The notes beneath the pieces are model-generated. The model did not search any database. It saw only the letters and a program-made list of their open reading frames with translations, and had not been told where the DNA came from. Both the position numbers and the translations under genes were made by a program. A stretch of DNA of 64,000 nt from Eubacterium sp. (GTDB taxonomy: Bacteria > Bacillota > Clostridia > Peptostreptococcales > Anaerovoracaceae), in NCBI GenBank assembly GCA_017511535.1, contig JAFWJS010000037.1, forward strand, positions 23,025 to 87,024, written 5' to 3'. Below, one piece after another: positions 27,334 to 37,516 of this stretch (positions are counted from its first letter, which is position 1; every line of letters starts with the position of its first letter).

Positions 27334-28161
27334 ATGGAAAGGAAAGAACTGTCGTTTTATGAGGAGACTGCCCGCAAGGTAAGGATCGACATCATAAAGG
27401 AGACTTACAACGCGGGGTCAGGTCACCCGGGCGGATCTCTGTCATGCGCGGATATTCTTACCGCGCTTTACTTCGGAGAGATGAACATCGATCCGGCTGA
27501 TCCGGAAATGAAAGGCCGCGATAGATTTGTTCTGTCGAAAGGTCATGCTGTACCGGCTCAGTATGCGGTACTGGCAGAGAGGGGATATTTCCCTGTTAGC
27601 GATATCATGACATTAAGGAAACTCGGAAGTCCTTTCCAGGGCCATGGTAATATGAGGAAAGTCCCGGGGATAGAGATGTCTACGGGATCGCTCGGACAGG
27701 GCTTTTCTGCGTCGGTCGGTATGGCACTCGCAGACAGGCTCGACGGCACAGGCGCAAGAGTATACACTTTGCTCGGAGATGGAGAGATCCAGGAAGGCAT
27801 AGTCTGGGAGGCTGCCATGTCGGCGGCTCATTACGGTCTTTCCGCTCTCACCGCTATAGTCGACTGGAACGGTCTGCAGATCGACGGGCGCAACGACGAC
27901 GTCATGAAGGTCGCGCCGATCAAAGATAAATTCGAGGCTTTCGGATGGCACGCTGTAGAGATAGACGGCCATGACTTCAGCCAGATCTTTGCCGCGCTGG
28001 ACGCCGCAAGAGCTGAAAAAGACAAGCCTACAGCAATAATAGCAAAGACGGTCAAGGGAAGAGGCGTCAGCTACATGGAAGATCAGGTCGGCTGGCACGG
28101 CAAGGCGCCTTCAGAGGAAGAAGCTGTTCAGGCTGTGAAAGAACTTGGAGGTGAGTGGTAA
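27334..28161 (+). CDS. Transketolase, N-terminal subunit
   Basis: 'GHPGGSLS', 'LSKGH', 'TGSLGQG', TPP motif GDGE...N. Confidence 0.95.
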   Translation: MERKELSFYEETARKVRIDIIKETYNAGSGHPGGSLSCADILTALYFGEMNIDPADPEMKGRDRFVLSKGHAVPAQYAVLAERGYFPVSDIMTLRKLGSPFQGHGNMRKVPGIEMSTGSLGQGFSASVGMALADRLDGTGARVYTLLGDGEIQEGIVWEAAMSAAHYGLSALTAIVDWNGLQIDGRNDDVMKVAPIKDKFEAFGWHAVEIDGHDFSQIFAALDAARAEKDKPTAIIAKTVKGRGVSYMEDQVGWHGKAPSEEEAVQAVKELGGEW

Positions 28162-29096
28162 TGGCAGAGAAGATCGCAACGAGGGTTGCCTATGGTGAGT
28201 TCCTCCAGGAAGAAGCAGAAAGAAACCCGGACCTAGTAGTGCTGGATGCCGATCTGGCGGGATCGACCAAGACAGCAATGTTCAAGAAAGTCGCCCCGGA
28301 CAGGTTCTTTGATATGGGTATCGCGGAGCAGAACATGATGGGAGTCGCGGCAGGACTTGCGCTTTCAGGCAAGACGGTATGCGCTTCGAGCTTCGCCATG
28401 TTCGCGTCGGGAAGGGCGTTCGAGATCATCCGTAACTCTATCGGATATACACATGCCAACGTCAAGGTATGCGCAACTCACGCAGGAATAACAGTTGGAG
28501 CGGACGGAGCGAGCCACCAGACGTTCGAGGACCTTACACTGATGAGGACGATACCCGGGATGACAGTCGTCGATCCATGCGACGCTGTAAGTGCCAAAGA
28601 GCTGCTCAGGCAGGTGGTGGAAATGGACGGACCTGCTTATGTGAGACTCGGAAGATCAGCAGTTCCTGTATTCTATGAGGACGCGTCGGCGATCAGGCTG
28701 GGCAAGGGCAATGTGCTCCGGGAAGGAAGCGATGTGACGATCATCTCAACAGGCATAATGACGCCTGCGGCGATGGAAGCGGCAGAGCATCTGGCGGCTG
28801 AAGGAATAGAGGCAAGAGTGATAGATATGCATACTCTTAAGCCGATCGATACAGATATCATCAGGAAGGCGGCTGAGGATACAGGCTGCATCGTCACTGC
28901 TGAAGAGCACGGTGTGATCGGCGGTCTGGGCAGCGCTGTGACAGAGGTCGTATGTCAGGAATGTCCGGTACCGGTGGCCATGGTCGGCCAGCAGGATACT
29001 TTCGGAGAGTCAGGAAGCCCTGACGAGCTGCTGGAGAAGTACGGAATGACTGCCGCCGCAATAGAAGAGAAGGTAAAATATCTGGTAAACGCGTGA
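28161..29096 (+). CDS. Transketolase, C-terminal subunit
   Basis: 'GIAEQNM', 'DGASHQ', 'GPAYVRL', 'EEH..IGGLG'; TAATG overlap with the upstream gene. Confidence 0.95.
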   Translation: MAEKIATRVAYGEFLQEEAERNPDLVVLDADLAGSTKTAMFKKVAPDRFFDMGIAEQNMMGVAAGLALSGKTVCASSFAMFASGRAFEIIRNSIGYTHANVKVCATHAGITVGADGASHQTFEDLTLMRTIPGMTVVDPCDAVSAKELLRQVVEMDGPAYVRLGRSAVPVFYEDASAIRLGKGNVLREGSDVTIISTGIMTPAAMEAAEHLAAEGIEARVIDMHTLKPIDTDIIRKAAEDTGCIVTAEEHGVIGGLGSAVTEVVCQECPVPVAMVGQQDTFGESGSPDELLEKYGMTAAAIEEKVKYLVNA

Positions 29097-29115
29097 TATA
29101 CAGATAACTGAACAG

Positions 29116-29152
29116 AAGACTCCTCTGAGTGTGAAGCGGAGGAGTCTTTTTT
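29116..29152 (+). terminator. Intrinsic terminator
   Basis: AAGACTCCTCTG...CGGAGGAGTCTT followed by a T-run. Confidence 0.85.
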
Positions 29153-29331
29153 GATGAAATATAAAAAAATCATATAAAGTTCACACAATGATCATAGAAA
29201 ACGATATCTTAAGGTCTCTTAAGACTTTCCAAGAAGGAGATACTATGATATAATGTTAATCGAGTTTATGAATACGAAAAAAGTGAAATAATCAGTTTAT
29301 AAAGGAAATAACCGGCGTAAGCGGGGGTTTT

Positions 29332-30051
29332 ATGATAACTTTTAAAAATGTAACCAAGATCTATGACGGTATCAATGTCGGCCTTGAAAATGCCAGTATT
29401 GATATCGATAAAGGAGATTTTGTATTTCTGGTAGGTCCGTCCGGAGCAGGCAAGTCGACATTCATCAAGCTTATCCTGAAAGAGATCGACGCTGATTCCG
29501 GCACGATCACTGTAGGTGACTATGAGGTCACCTCACTTTCCAACAGAATGGTTCCACAGCTCAGGCGGAGAGTAGGTATGGTGTTCCAGGACTTCAGGCT
29601 TCTTCCTAAGAAGACTGTGTTCGAGAACGTCGCTTTTGCTATGGAGATCCTTCATATGCGCAGACGTACTATAAAAAAGAGAGTACCGCAGGTCCTGGAG
29701 CTCGTAGGCATTGGCGACAAGGCAGACAGATATCCACAGGAACTTTCTGCGGGCGAGCAGCAGCGTGTCGCGATAGCGAGAGCTATAATCAACAACCCGA
29801 CGGTTCTTATCGCTGACGAGCCTACAGGAAACCTGGACCCGGATACAGCTTACGGGATCATGGAGCTTCTGGAGCAGATCAACAATACAGGGACCACGAT
29901 CCTGATGGTGACTCATGCCAAGGATATCGTGGACAGAATGGGTAAGCGTGTAGTCGCCATAGAGAACGGCCACATAGTACGTGATGAGTTCGGCCAGTAT
30001 GACCTTACTGAAGCTGCCGACTTTACCGAGGAGGTGGTCGACGATGAGTAG
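29332..30051 (+). CDS. ftsE: Cell division ATP-binding protein FtsE
   Basis: GPSGAGKST, 'VFQDFRLL', 'LS.GEQQRVAIARA', 'ADEPTGNLDP'. Confidence 0.96.
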   Translation: MITFKNVTKIYDGINVGLENASIDIDKGDFVFLVGPSGAGKSTFIKLILKEIDADSGTITVGDYEVTSLSNRMVPQLRRRVGMVFQDFRLLPKKTVFENVAFAMEILHMRRRTIKKRVPQVLELVGIGDKADRYPQELSAGEQQRVAIARAIINNPTVLIADEPTGNLDPDTAYGIMELLEQINNTGTTILMVTHAKDIVDRMGKRVVAIENGHIVRDEFGQYDLTEAADFTEEVVDDE

Positions 30052-30934
30052 GATCTTCTATAATATCAAGCAGGCGCTTATACAGATCGTCCGCTACAGG
30101 ACAACGACTCTCGCTTCAGTATTCGCGATCACGGCGATGATGCTCATACTTGGTCTTTTCTTCACGCTCGCTGTAAACGTCAATCTGTTTACGGAGATGG
30201 TCAAGCGTGACTATGATACAGTGGAAGTATTCCTGAAGGACGACGTCAGCGAGAAAGCCGCCAAACAGATCATGAATGAAGTGACCGGCATAAACGGCGT
30301 ATCGCTCGTGGAATACAGAAGTAAAGCTGAAGCGCTGAAGATCATGAGAGACAGATGGGGGAACAGCGGCTATCTGCTTGATTCTCTGGGAGGGAACCCG
30401 CTCCCTAATTCGATACTGGTAACGGTGCAGTCGCTTGACGCGGCAGACGCGGTGAATAACCAGGTGTCGTCTATAGAGGGAGTAGAGAGTACCAAGTATT
30501 ATAAAGAAACTGTAGACAAGCTGACCAAAGTCACCAGCTTCCTTCAGTATGGAAGCATGGCTATCATGGCGTTCCTCATCCTGATATCCATAATAGTAGT
30601 GTCAAATATGATCAAACTGACTGTGTTCGCAAGAGCGCGGGAGATCTCGATCATGAAATATGTAGGAGCTACCAACTGGTTCATAAGAGGACCGTTCCTG
30701 GTCGAAGGTATCATAATCGGAATCATATCGGCGGCGCTGGCGGTCGGGATAGTATATATAGTATACAGCAACATGATCGACGCTGTGGGAATGAAGGTCA
30801 TGGCGATCCTGTCTTCGCCGCTTGTTCCGGCGGACTATCTGATCACTAATCTGGTCATCATTTTCCTTGCGCTCGGAGTAGGTATAGGTTCTACCGGAAG
30901 TATCATTTCCATGAGGAAGTTCCTCGACGCTTAA
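30044..30934 (+). CDS. ftsX: Cell division permease FtsX
   Basis: SD GGAGGT; 'NPLP', 'REI.IMKYVGAT.WFIRGPF.VEG'. Confidence 0.95.
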   Translation: MSRIFYNIKQALIQIVRYRTTTLASVFAITAMMLILGLFFTLAVNVNLFTEMVKRDYDTVEVFLKDDVSEKAAKQIMNEVTGINGVSLVEYRSKAEALKIMRDRWGNSGYLLDSLGGNPLPNSILVTVQSLDAADAVNNQVSSIEGVESTKYYKETVDKLTKVTSFLQYGSMAIMAFLILISIIVVSNMIKLTVFARAREISIMKYVGATNWFIRGPFLVEGIIIGIISAALAVGIVYIVYSNMIDAVGMKVMAILSSPLVPADYLITNLVIIFLALGVGIGSTGSIISMRKFLDA

Positions 30935-30964
30935 CAGTATGTCGGTCAAAACAGGAAGGTATAT

Positions 30965-32095
30965 ATGTCAAAGGGGAAAATCAATTGCAGAATGTTAAGG
31001 ATCGCAGTGATCATGCTCGCGGTATTCCTTGCGGTATCATCATTCAGCCTGGGAACGCCTTACAGCTATGCTGAAGAAGATAAGCAGGCCAAGAAGGAGA
31101 AAGAGCTCGAGAAAGTCAAGGAAGAGAAGAATGACGTTATCGAAGAGCTGAACCAGATCAGGAAAGATATAGAAGAGCAGGAAGCCGCGATCGAGAAAGT
31201 AAAGGCATCTATCGAGAAGAAGAACGGGGAGATCTCTTCAACAAAAAAGAGCCTGAAGCTCATGAAGAAGAAGATCAAAAACCGTAAGGACGGACTCAAT
31301 AACAGGCTCCGCGCCATGTATAAAAACGGAGTCATCGGATATCTTGACATAGTTCTGAACTCAAGTGACGTGACGGAGCTCATAACCAACGTCGACATGG
31401 TCCAGAGGATATACAAGGCCGATCAGGACACACTCGATACTCTGGTCGAAGAGCGTATGCAGATCGAGGCTCAGGAAGCTGTCCTGAAGAAAGAGAAATC
31501 AGAGCTCGCGGAAGAGCAGAAGGATCTCACTGAAAAGGAAGCACAGCTCAACGCGACAAACGATAAGCTGAACAAGAAGTATGAAACACTGAAGAAAGAG
31601 CAGCAGAAGCTTGAAGCAGAGATCCAGGCGATAATTGAAGCCAAGAGGGTAGCTGCAGAAAACGGATATGTAGATCTGCCCGGTAAATATAAAGGCGGTA
31701 AATGGGTATGCCCTGTATGGACTAATTACTATGTAAACAGATATGGTAATTATCTTTCAGGCAGGTCATATGAAAGCCATCCAGGCATAGACATGGCTGC
31801 TCCGCTCGGAACTCCGATACATGCGGCAGCAAAGGGCGTCGTGATCAAGGCGGGCTGGTACGGTGGATACGGCAACGCCGTAATAATATCACACGGAAGC
31901 GGGCTTACTTCACTTTACGGCCACAACAGCTCAGTTAAGGTCAAGGTCGGACAGTCGGTAAAGAAGGGTGATGTTATAGCTCTTATGGGATCCACAGGAT
32001 TCAGTACCGGATCTCACTGCCACTTTGAAGTAAGACAGAACGGCCAGCTCAGGAACCCGCGTGATTTCTGCTATATCCACGGACCAAACTCCTGA
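30965..32095 (+). CDS. Coiled-coil plus M23 peptidase (FtsEX-associated murein hydrolase, EnvC/CwlO-like architecture)
   Basis: Signal peptide, long coiled coil, intact HPGID and H.H zinc motifs. Confidence 0.9.
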   Translation: MSKGKINCRMLRIAVIMLAVFLAVSSFSLGTPYSYAEEDKQAKKEKELEKVKEEKNDVIEELNQIRKDIEEQEAAIEKVKASIEKKNGEISSTKKSLKLMKKKIKNRKDGLNNRLRAMYKNGVIGYLDIVLNSSDVTELITNVDMVQRIYKADQDTLDTLVEERMQIEAQEAVLKKEKSELAEEQKDLTEKEAQLNATNDKLNKKYETLKKEQQKLEAEIQAIIEAKRVAAENGYVDLPGKYKGGKWVCPVWTNYYVNRYGNYLSGRSYESHPGIDMAAPLGTPIHAAAKGVVIKAGWYGGYGNAVIISHGSGLTSLYGHNSSVKVKVGQSVKKGDVIALMGSTGFSTGSHCHFEVRQNGQLRNPRDFCYIHGPNS

Positions 32096-32120
32096 TGACG
32101 CTTACGGGAGAAAATGACAG

Positions 32121-33764
32121 ATGACGATCGATCCTAAGATCATAGATCTCCTTCACAGGAGAGGTATAACTACAGATGAGGAAATAGAAGAGTTTCTGTC
32201 TGACAAGCCGAAAGAAACATACGATCCATTCCTTCTTCCAGATATGGAGGAAGGAGTGGATCTTCTATTGTCGTACTGTGACAGCGGTGACAGGATCTGC
32301 ATATACGGAGACTATGACGCCGACGGAGTGACTTCAACGGTGATCCTGACGGAAGTACTCTCACAGCTGACCGACAATATCATCCAGTACATACCGTCGC
32401 GTTTTGATGAAGGATATGGGCTGAACAAAGCTGCGATAGATACGATAAAGAAAGCGGGAGCAAAACTCATCGTAACTGTCGACTGCGGGAGTGTTTCGGT
32501 CGATGAAGCGGCATATGCAAGAGAGCAGGGCCTGGATATAATGATAACAGACCATCACAGGATAGAGGATAAGCGTGCTGACGGCATACTGATCAATCCG
32601 GCGAGGCCGGATTCAGAATATCCATTCCCGTATCTTGCAGGGTGCGGCGTCGCGTTCAAGCTTGCGCAGGCTGTTACAGACGCCGCAGGCCTTCCTAAAA
32701 GGAAGCTTACAGAGACACTGGACCTTGTCGCCATCGGAACGATCGGCGATATAGTTCCTCTTGTAAGTGAGAACAGGATGCTGGTGAAATATGGATTAAG
32801 GGCGATCAACACATCCAGAAGAGAAGCACTCAGGGTGCTCATAGAGAAGACCGGCCTGAAGCCGGGTAATGTAAGCTGCGAGAACGTGTCATTCGTTCTG
32901 GTGCCGCATATCAACGCGGCAGGCAGGATGAAGTCAGCAGCGCTTGCGCTCAAGCTTTTCCTGGCAAAGGACAGAGATAAGATAAAGGAATATGCCGACG
33001 AGCTCATAAAGTGCAACTACGAAAGAAAGCGGCTCCAGAATGAAGTGTACGAGCGCGCGTGCGATGAAGTGGAGCAGGAGGAGAAGGACACTGACTTCAT
33101 TTTCGCGTATCTTTCAAACGCACATGAAGGAGTCACCGGAATAGCCGCAGGAAAGCTGAAGGAAAAATACCATGTGCCGTCGGTCATCGTTACAGAAAAC
33201 GGAGACGGACTTCTGAAAGGGACCGGAAGAAGTCCGGAAGGAATAGATCTATACAGCCTTCTGAAGAACGAAGAGAAATGGTTCGTGACTTTCGGAGGCC
33301 ATGCCGCAGCGTGTGGATTCATAATGAAGGAGGAAGGCCTGGCCGAGGTCAGAGCTGATCTGAGTGAGAGGGCTTCTGAGATCAGGAAGGAAAGTCCGGA
33401 GCTGTTCTCATATGAGCCTGAGCCGGACATAAGACTGGAGCCTGAAGAGGTAAGGACAGGCTTCGTTTCTCAGCTGGAGCTGCTGGAACCATGCGGAAGG
33501 CAGAATGAACGCCCGCTAATAGCCATACACGGCGTACCGGACAGGATCTCCAGGATGGGGCCCGAAGGTAAATATATGAGGTTTACGATAGGTAAGGGGC
33601 AGGGCGCATGCACCTGTCTTGTCTTCAGAGACGTGGATAAGATAGGCGATATGGTGTGTGCCGCCTGTGAGCACAGAAACAGTATCAGTGTCATAGGCGT
33701 AATGTCTAATCATGAGTGGAACGGTGATCTGACCGTCCAGATGGTGGTGGAGGCAGTGAAATGA
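32121..33764 (+). CDS. recJ: Single-stranded-DNA exonuclease RecJ
   Basis: 'GDYDADG', 'EGYGL', 'TVDCG', 'TDHH', 'INAAGR', 'GGHAAACG'. Confidence 0.95.
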   Translation: MTIDPKIIDLLHRRGITTDEEIEEFLSDKPKETYDPFLLPDMEEGVDLLLSYCDSGDRICIYGDYDADGVTSTVILTEVLSQLTDNIIQYIPSRFDEGYGLNKAAIDTIKKAGAKLIVTVDCGSVSVDEAAYAREQGLDIMITDHHRIEDKRADGILINPARPDSEYPFPYLAGCGVAFKLAQAVTDAAGLPKRKLTETLDLVAIGTIGDIVPLVSENRMLVKYGLRAINTSRREALRVLIEKTGLKPGNVSCENVSFVLVPHINAAGRMKSAALALKLFLAKDRDKIKEYADELIKCNYERKRLQNEVYERACDEVEQEEKDTDFIFAYLSNAHEGVTGIAAGKLKEKYHVPSVIVTENGDGLLKGTGRSPEGIDLYSLLKNEEKWFVTFGGHAAACGFIMKEEGLAEVRADLSERASEIRKESPELFSYEPEPDIRLEPEEVRTGFVSQLELLEPCGRQNERPLIAIHGVPDRISRMGPEGKYMRFTIGKGQGACTCLVFRDVDKIGDMVCAACEHRNSISVIGVMSNHEWNGDLTVQMVVEAVK

Positions 33765-34933
33765 GGATAAATCCCAGGAAATTTGCAAGAGCTGCGGTTC
33801 TTATACTTGTCCTGACAGCAGCGCTTTCCGTACTCATCAGCTACGGAGTGCTCAGAATGACCGGAAGAAAGATAGTTACTGAAGAAGAGCTGAAAGAGAA
33901 GGATGCGGTAATTGCCAGGCACGCCAAGCTGTACGAGCTGCAGGAAGATATCGAGAAGAACTTTCTGTTTGATTTTGATGAATCTGAGCAGACGGAAGCG
34001 ATGGCGAAAGCACTTGCGGAAAGTCTGGGAGACAAGTATACGGAATACATGACAGCCGCCGAGCTTATGGAATGGGAAGAGGCAGTAAACAGCGGTTTCA
34101 CAGGGATCGGCATCACATTCAACGTAACAGACGGCAGAGCAGAAGTCACGTCTGTGGCCGAAGACGGTCCGGCCGACGCCGCGGATATCAAGGAAGGCGA
34201 CGTCATAAGGGCTGTGGACGATCAGGAATTCGAGACAGAGAGCGAATTCATCAAGCTTATTTCCGGAGAACCGGGCAAGACGATCAAGCTCGACATGCTG
34301 AGAGGCTGGTATACGTTTACGGCGAATGTCACCATAGCTGAAGTAGAGATGCGCGCCGTTTCCAGTAAAGTCCTCGACGGCGGTATCGGATATATAAGGA
34401 TCACATCATTCAGCAAAAACTCTTCGAAGGAATTTGCGGAAGAGCTGAAGAGCCTGAACGAGAAAAAAGTCAAATCACTGATCATAGATCTGAGAAACAA
34501 CGGCGGAGGATATGTGGACCAGGGAATAAGCATCTGTGACCAGATACTTCCGGAGTGTACTATCTCTATCATGGAAGACAAGAAGGGAAGGACCACGACA
34601 TACAACTCTGACGAGGAGGCTTGCGGACTTCCTCTTGCCGTGCTTGTGAATGAAAAATCTGCCAGTGCTGCCGAGATAGTAGCAGCCGCGGTGAAGGACA
34701 ACAACGCGGGACCTGTAGTCGGAACGAAGACATACGGCAAAGGGATATCGCAGCAGGAATTCAGGTTCAGCGACGGTTCGTGCCTGATGCTCACGACGGC
34801 GAGATTCCTTACGCCTTCAGGCAAAGTCATAGACGGGAAAGGCGTCAGGCCGGACACTAAAGTCAAAGAAAAGGCTGAGGATGAAGAGGAAGGCGACCGG
34901 CAGCTCAGGAAGGCACAGCAGCTTCTTGGCTGA
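33761..34933 (+). CDS. S41 carboxyl-terminal processing protease
   Basis: PDZ 'GIGI', 'DLRNNGGG', 'SASAAE', 'TYGKG', 'G.GV.PD'. Confidence 0.93.
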   Translation: MRINPRKFARAAVLILVLTAALSVLISYGVLRMTGRKIVTEEELKEKDAVIARHAKLYELQEDIEKNFLFDFDESEQTEAMAKALAESLGDKYTEYMTAAELMEWEEAVNSGFTGIGITFNVTDGRAEVTSVAEDGPADAADIKEGDVIRAVDDQEFETESEFIKLISGEPGKTIKLDMLRGWYTFTANVTIAEVEMRAVSSKVLDGGIGYIRITSFSKNSSKEFAEELKSLNEKKVKSLIIDLRNNGGGYVDQGISICDQILPECTISIMEDKKGRTTTYNSDEEACGLPLAVLVNEKSASAAEIVAAAVKDNNAGPVVGTKTYGKGISQQEFRFSDGSCLMLTTARFLTPSGKVIDGKGVRPDTKVKEKAEDEEEGDRQLRKAQQLLG

Positions 34934-35050
34934 AGATGAACGCAATAGAAAAAATGTATGACGCTTTTGTTAAATAAAGCGCCGGCACTTGTTGACTTTA
35001 ACGTGTAAAAGTGATATAGTCACTGTACCGGGGTAAGAAAGGAGCGTCAT

Positions 35051-35350
35051 ATGGCCTATAAATCTATTCTTGAAGGTAAAGATGTCGACGAGTTGTTTGA
35101 CGCCGTACTTGAACTGAAAAACAGAGAAGAGTGCTACAGGTTTTTCGAAGACCTCTGTACGATAAACGAGATCCATGCGATCTCTCAGAGAATGGAAGTG
35201 GCAAAGCTGCTTTCAGAGAAGAAGACATACAATGAGATCGAGGAGATAACCAACGCCTCCACTGCGACTATAAGCAGGATAAACAAATGCCTGCTGTACG
35301 GCGCCGGAGGCTATAAGATAGTGCTTGACAGACTATATAAGGATAAATAA
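35051..35350 (+). CDS. YerC/YecD TrpR-like protein
   Basis: 'ECYRFFEDLCT..E', 'ASTATISR...L.YG..GY'. Confidence 0.93.
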   Translation: MAYKSILEGKDVDELFDAVLELKNREECYRFFEDLCTINEIHAISQRMEVAKLLSEKKTYNEIEEITNASTATISRINKCLLYGAGGYKIVLDRLYKDK

Positions 35351-35352
35351 AA

Positions 35353-35381
35353 GAGAGCGCCCTTCAGGGGGCGCTTATTTA
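35353..35381 (+). terminator. Probable intrinsic terminator
   Basis: GAGCGCCC-ttcag-GGGCGCTT followed by an AT-rich tail. Confidence 0.65.
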
Positions 35382-35410
35382 ATAATAAAAGAAAAATCTG
35401 AAAACTGTCT

Positions 35411-36034
35411 ATGGACATTATTTTTGTAAAACAGGGGAAATATGAAAAGGGCGGCGCGGCTTTTCCGCTGATACGAAAGGCTGTGCTGTGTTTTGCGGAG
35501 GAAAACGGCATGGAGCCGGAGGCTTTTGATGATATGCCGGCTGTAAGGAGAACCGAAGAAGGAAGGCCCTGTCTGGAATGGCCGGGTCATGACGACGTCG
35601 ATATATCGGTCTCACATTCGGGAGACCTGTGGGTATGCCTTGTTTCGAAGGGAAGATGCGGCGTGGATCTTCAGACAGTCAGAGATAAAGTGTCTCCCGG
35701 CACGGCGGACAGATATTATACGGCCGGGGAGCGTGAATATACCCGTAAAGGCGGACACGGAGCATTCTTCGACATCTGGGTAAGAAGAGAGGCCCTTGGC
35801 AAATACGGCGGACACGGGTTCTTCGGGAAGTACCCTGATTCAGCGTCGGACGGCATGCTCGCTGAGCACGTCACATTCAGTCATGACGAGAGCGGCGTGT
35901 CAGAAACGGTCTATCTGCACAGTATCACAGCTGAGATGCTTTCAGAGGCAGGAATAGAAGAAAAAGAAGACTTCAGAGCGGCTGCGGCAACGTTGTCAGA
36001 CGGCACGCCCAAGATAAGAAAGATGCGGGACTGA
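35411..36034 (+). CDS. Sfp-type 4'-phosphopantetheinyl transferase family protein
   Basis: 'GRP', 'SVSHSG', 'GVDLQ', 'FF.IW.RREA..K..G.G'. Confidence 0.8.
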   Translation: MDIIFVKQGKYEKGGAAFPLIRKAVLCFAEENGMEPEAFDDMPAVRRTEEGRPCLEWPGHDDVDISVSHSGDLWVCLVSKGRCGVDLQTVRDKVSPGTADRYYTAGEREYTRKGGHGAFFDIWVRREALGKYGGHGFFGKYPDSASDGMLAEHVTFSHDESGVSETVYLHSITAEMLSEAGIEEKEDFRAAAATLSDGTPKIRKMRD

Positions 36035-36036
36035 TA

Positions 36037-36552
36037 ATGACTTTTTCAAAGAGAAAAGAGAACAGCCAGAGCAGGATGGACATCGTGGAATGCGCTGAGA
36101 AAAAGCTTTCACGTAAGAGCATGGCCGTGAAAGAGCTAAGAGACTACCTTCAGAAGCGGGAGTATGAGAAAGAAGAGATAGACAGAGTCGTCTCGGCGAT
36201 GCTTGACTACGGTTACCTCAACGACGCAAGATTCACCTGTGAGTTCCTGATATACGATCTCGGACGCGGGCGCAGCCTGAAGAAAGCTTTCTATGATCTC
36301 AGGGCCAAAGGAGTACAGGAAGCTGACATCGAGGCCGGATATAACGAGTATCTTGATGAATTCGGAGAACCGGACGAGCATGAGACTGCGATGAGAGAGG
36401 CAGAGAAGGTGCTCACGGCTGCTGATATCGGGCCGGGCTGTGAGATCCCGGAGAAGATACAGGGCCGTATAGCGAGGCGTCTCTTCACGCGTGGTTTCTC
36501 ACAGTCCATGATATATGAGATACTTTCCGAATTAAGAAACAGACAGGCATGA
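36037..36552 (+). CDS. recX: Regulatory protein RecX
   Basis: 'ELRDYL', 'GYLND.RF', 'L..KGV', 'RRL..RGFS'. Confidence 0.88.
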   Translation: MTFSKRKENSQSRMDIVECAEKKLSRKSMAVKELRDYLQKREYEKEEIDRVVSAMLDYGYLNDARFTCEFLIYDLGRGRSLKKAFYDLRAKGVQEADIEAGYNEYLDEFGEPDEHETAMREAEKVLTAADIGPGCEIPEKIQGRIARRLFTRGFSQSMIYEILSELRNRQA

Positions 36553-37287
36553 CAGGCTGCTGAATTCAAAAGGGAGAAGCTCGTCCCAGTCAAGTATGCC
36601 GGACCGCTTTTCCGCAAGTGACAGCCATTCATCCTCCAGGAAACCGGCTATCAGCCTGTGGCCGTTTTCATTGGGATGCATGCCGTCTATGCACATCAGA
36701 TCCTCATCCGCAGACTCCAGGAAAGCCCGCCTTACGTCAAGCACGGGCACTGAAGTCCTGTCTGCTATATCGTAGACGATGTCACTGTATTCTTCCTGCC
36801 AGCGGTAGATGTTCATGATGTCGTTTTTCAGGAACCGCATGACATTGAATCTGTTCAGATCTTTTGTGACCCATCTGAAGAACCTGTCAGGGTCAAGCGG
36901 CGGGAGTGTCATTACAACAGGCGCTCCGCCTTTTTCTTTTATCTTCTGTATCATGCCGACGTAATTCCGGGCAAAAGCCTCACGGCTGATCTGTCCTTCC
37001 TGAGGATCGTCCGGGCAGCGCGAAGCCGCTTCCCAGTCAAGGTCGCAGTCATTCCCGCCGAATTCCAGAAGTATATAATCGTACTGATCTGCCTCATCCA
37101 GATGTTTGCTTATTATTGTTTTTGCTTTCTCCGTGGTACATCCGAATCTGGCGTGATTCCTGAAAGTAACGCCTGTCTCTCTGGAGACCAGGTCAGTGAA
37201 GCTGTTCTGAGAGAAAATGTATCTTCCTTTGTTTTCATCGTATACGACTCCCTTGGCTATGGAATCTCCGAATACGCATATGTTCAT
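36532..37287 (-). CDS. SGNH/GDSL hydrolase
   Basis: FGDS, GGND and DGMHPN blocks. Confidence 0.92.
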   Translation of the reverse strand: MNICVFGDSIAKGVVYDENKGRYIFSQNSFTDLVSRETGVTFRNHARFGCTTEKAKTIISKHLDEADQYDYILLEFGGNDCDLDWEAASRCPDDPQEGQISREAFARNYVGMIQKIKEKGGAPVVMTLPPLDPDRFFRWVTKDLNRFNVMRFLKNDIMNIYRWQEEYSDIVYDIADRTSVPVLDVRRAFLESADEDLMCIDGMHPNENGHRLIAGFLEDEWLSLAEKRSGILDWDELLPFEFSSLSCLSVS

Positions 37288-37386
37288 GGCTTACCTCCTT
37301 CATCGTCAAACAAGATCATTGAAGAACAGATCATTAAGTGTTATCATGTTATCAAAGATAAATAATCAGATTATGTAATTATATAT

Positions 37387-37428
37387 ATTCTATAATCTAA
37401 TTATAGATATTAGATTATAGAATGTCAA
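37387..37428 (-). promoter_or_regulatory. Consensus promoter of the GDSL gene overlapped by a perfect 15-bp inverted repeat (candidate operator)
   Basis: Minus strand TTGACA (37428-37423), 17-nt spacer, TATAAT (37405-37400); ATTCTATAATCTAAT-N7-ATTAGATTATAGAAT at 37387-37423. Confidence 0.8.
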
Positions 37429-37516
37429 ATATTTTTTATGTTTTGCCGAATGTAATGACAGGCTTCGCTCTGTCAGAAAGTTCCGGAAACAGAAGAGTAT
37501 ACTACAGGAATAATCT

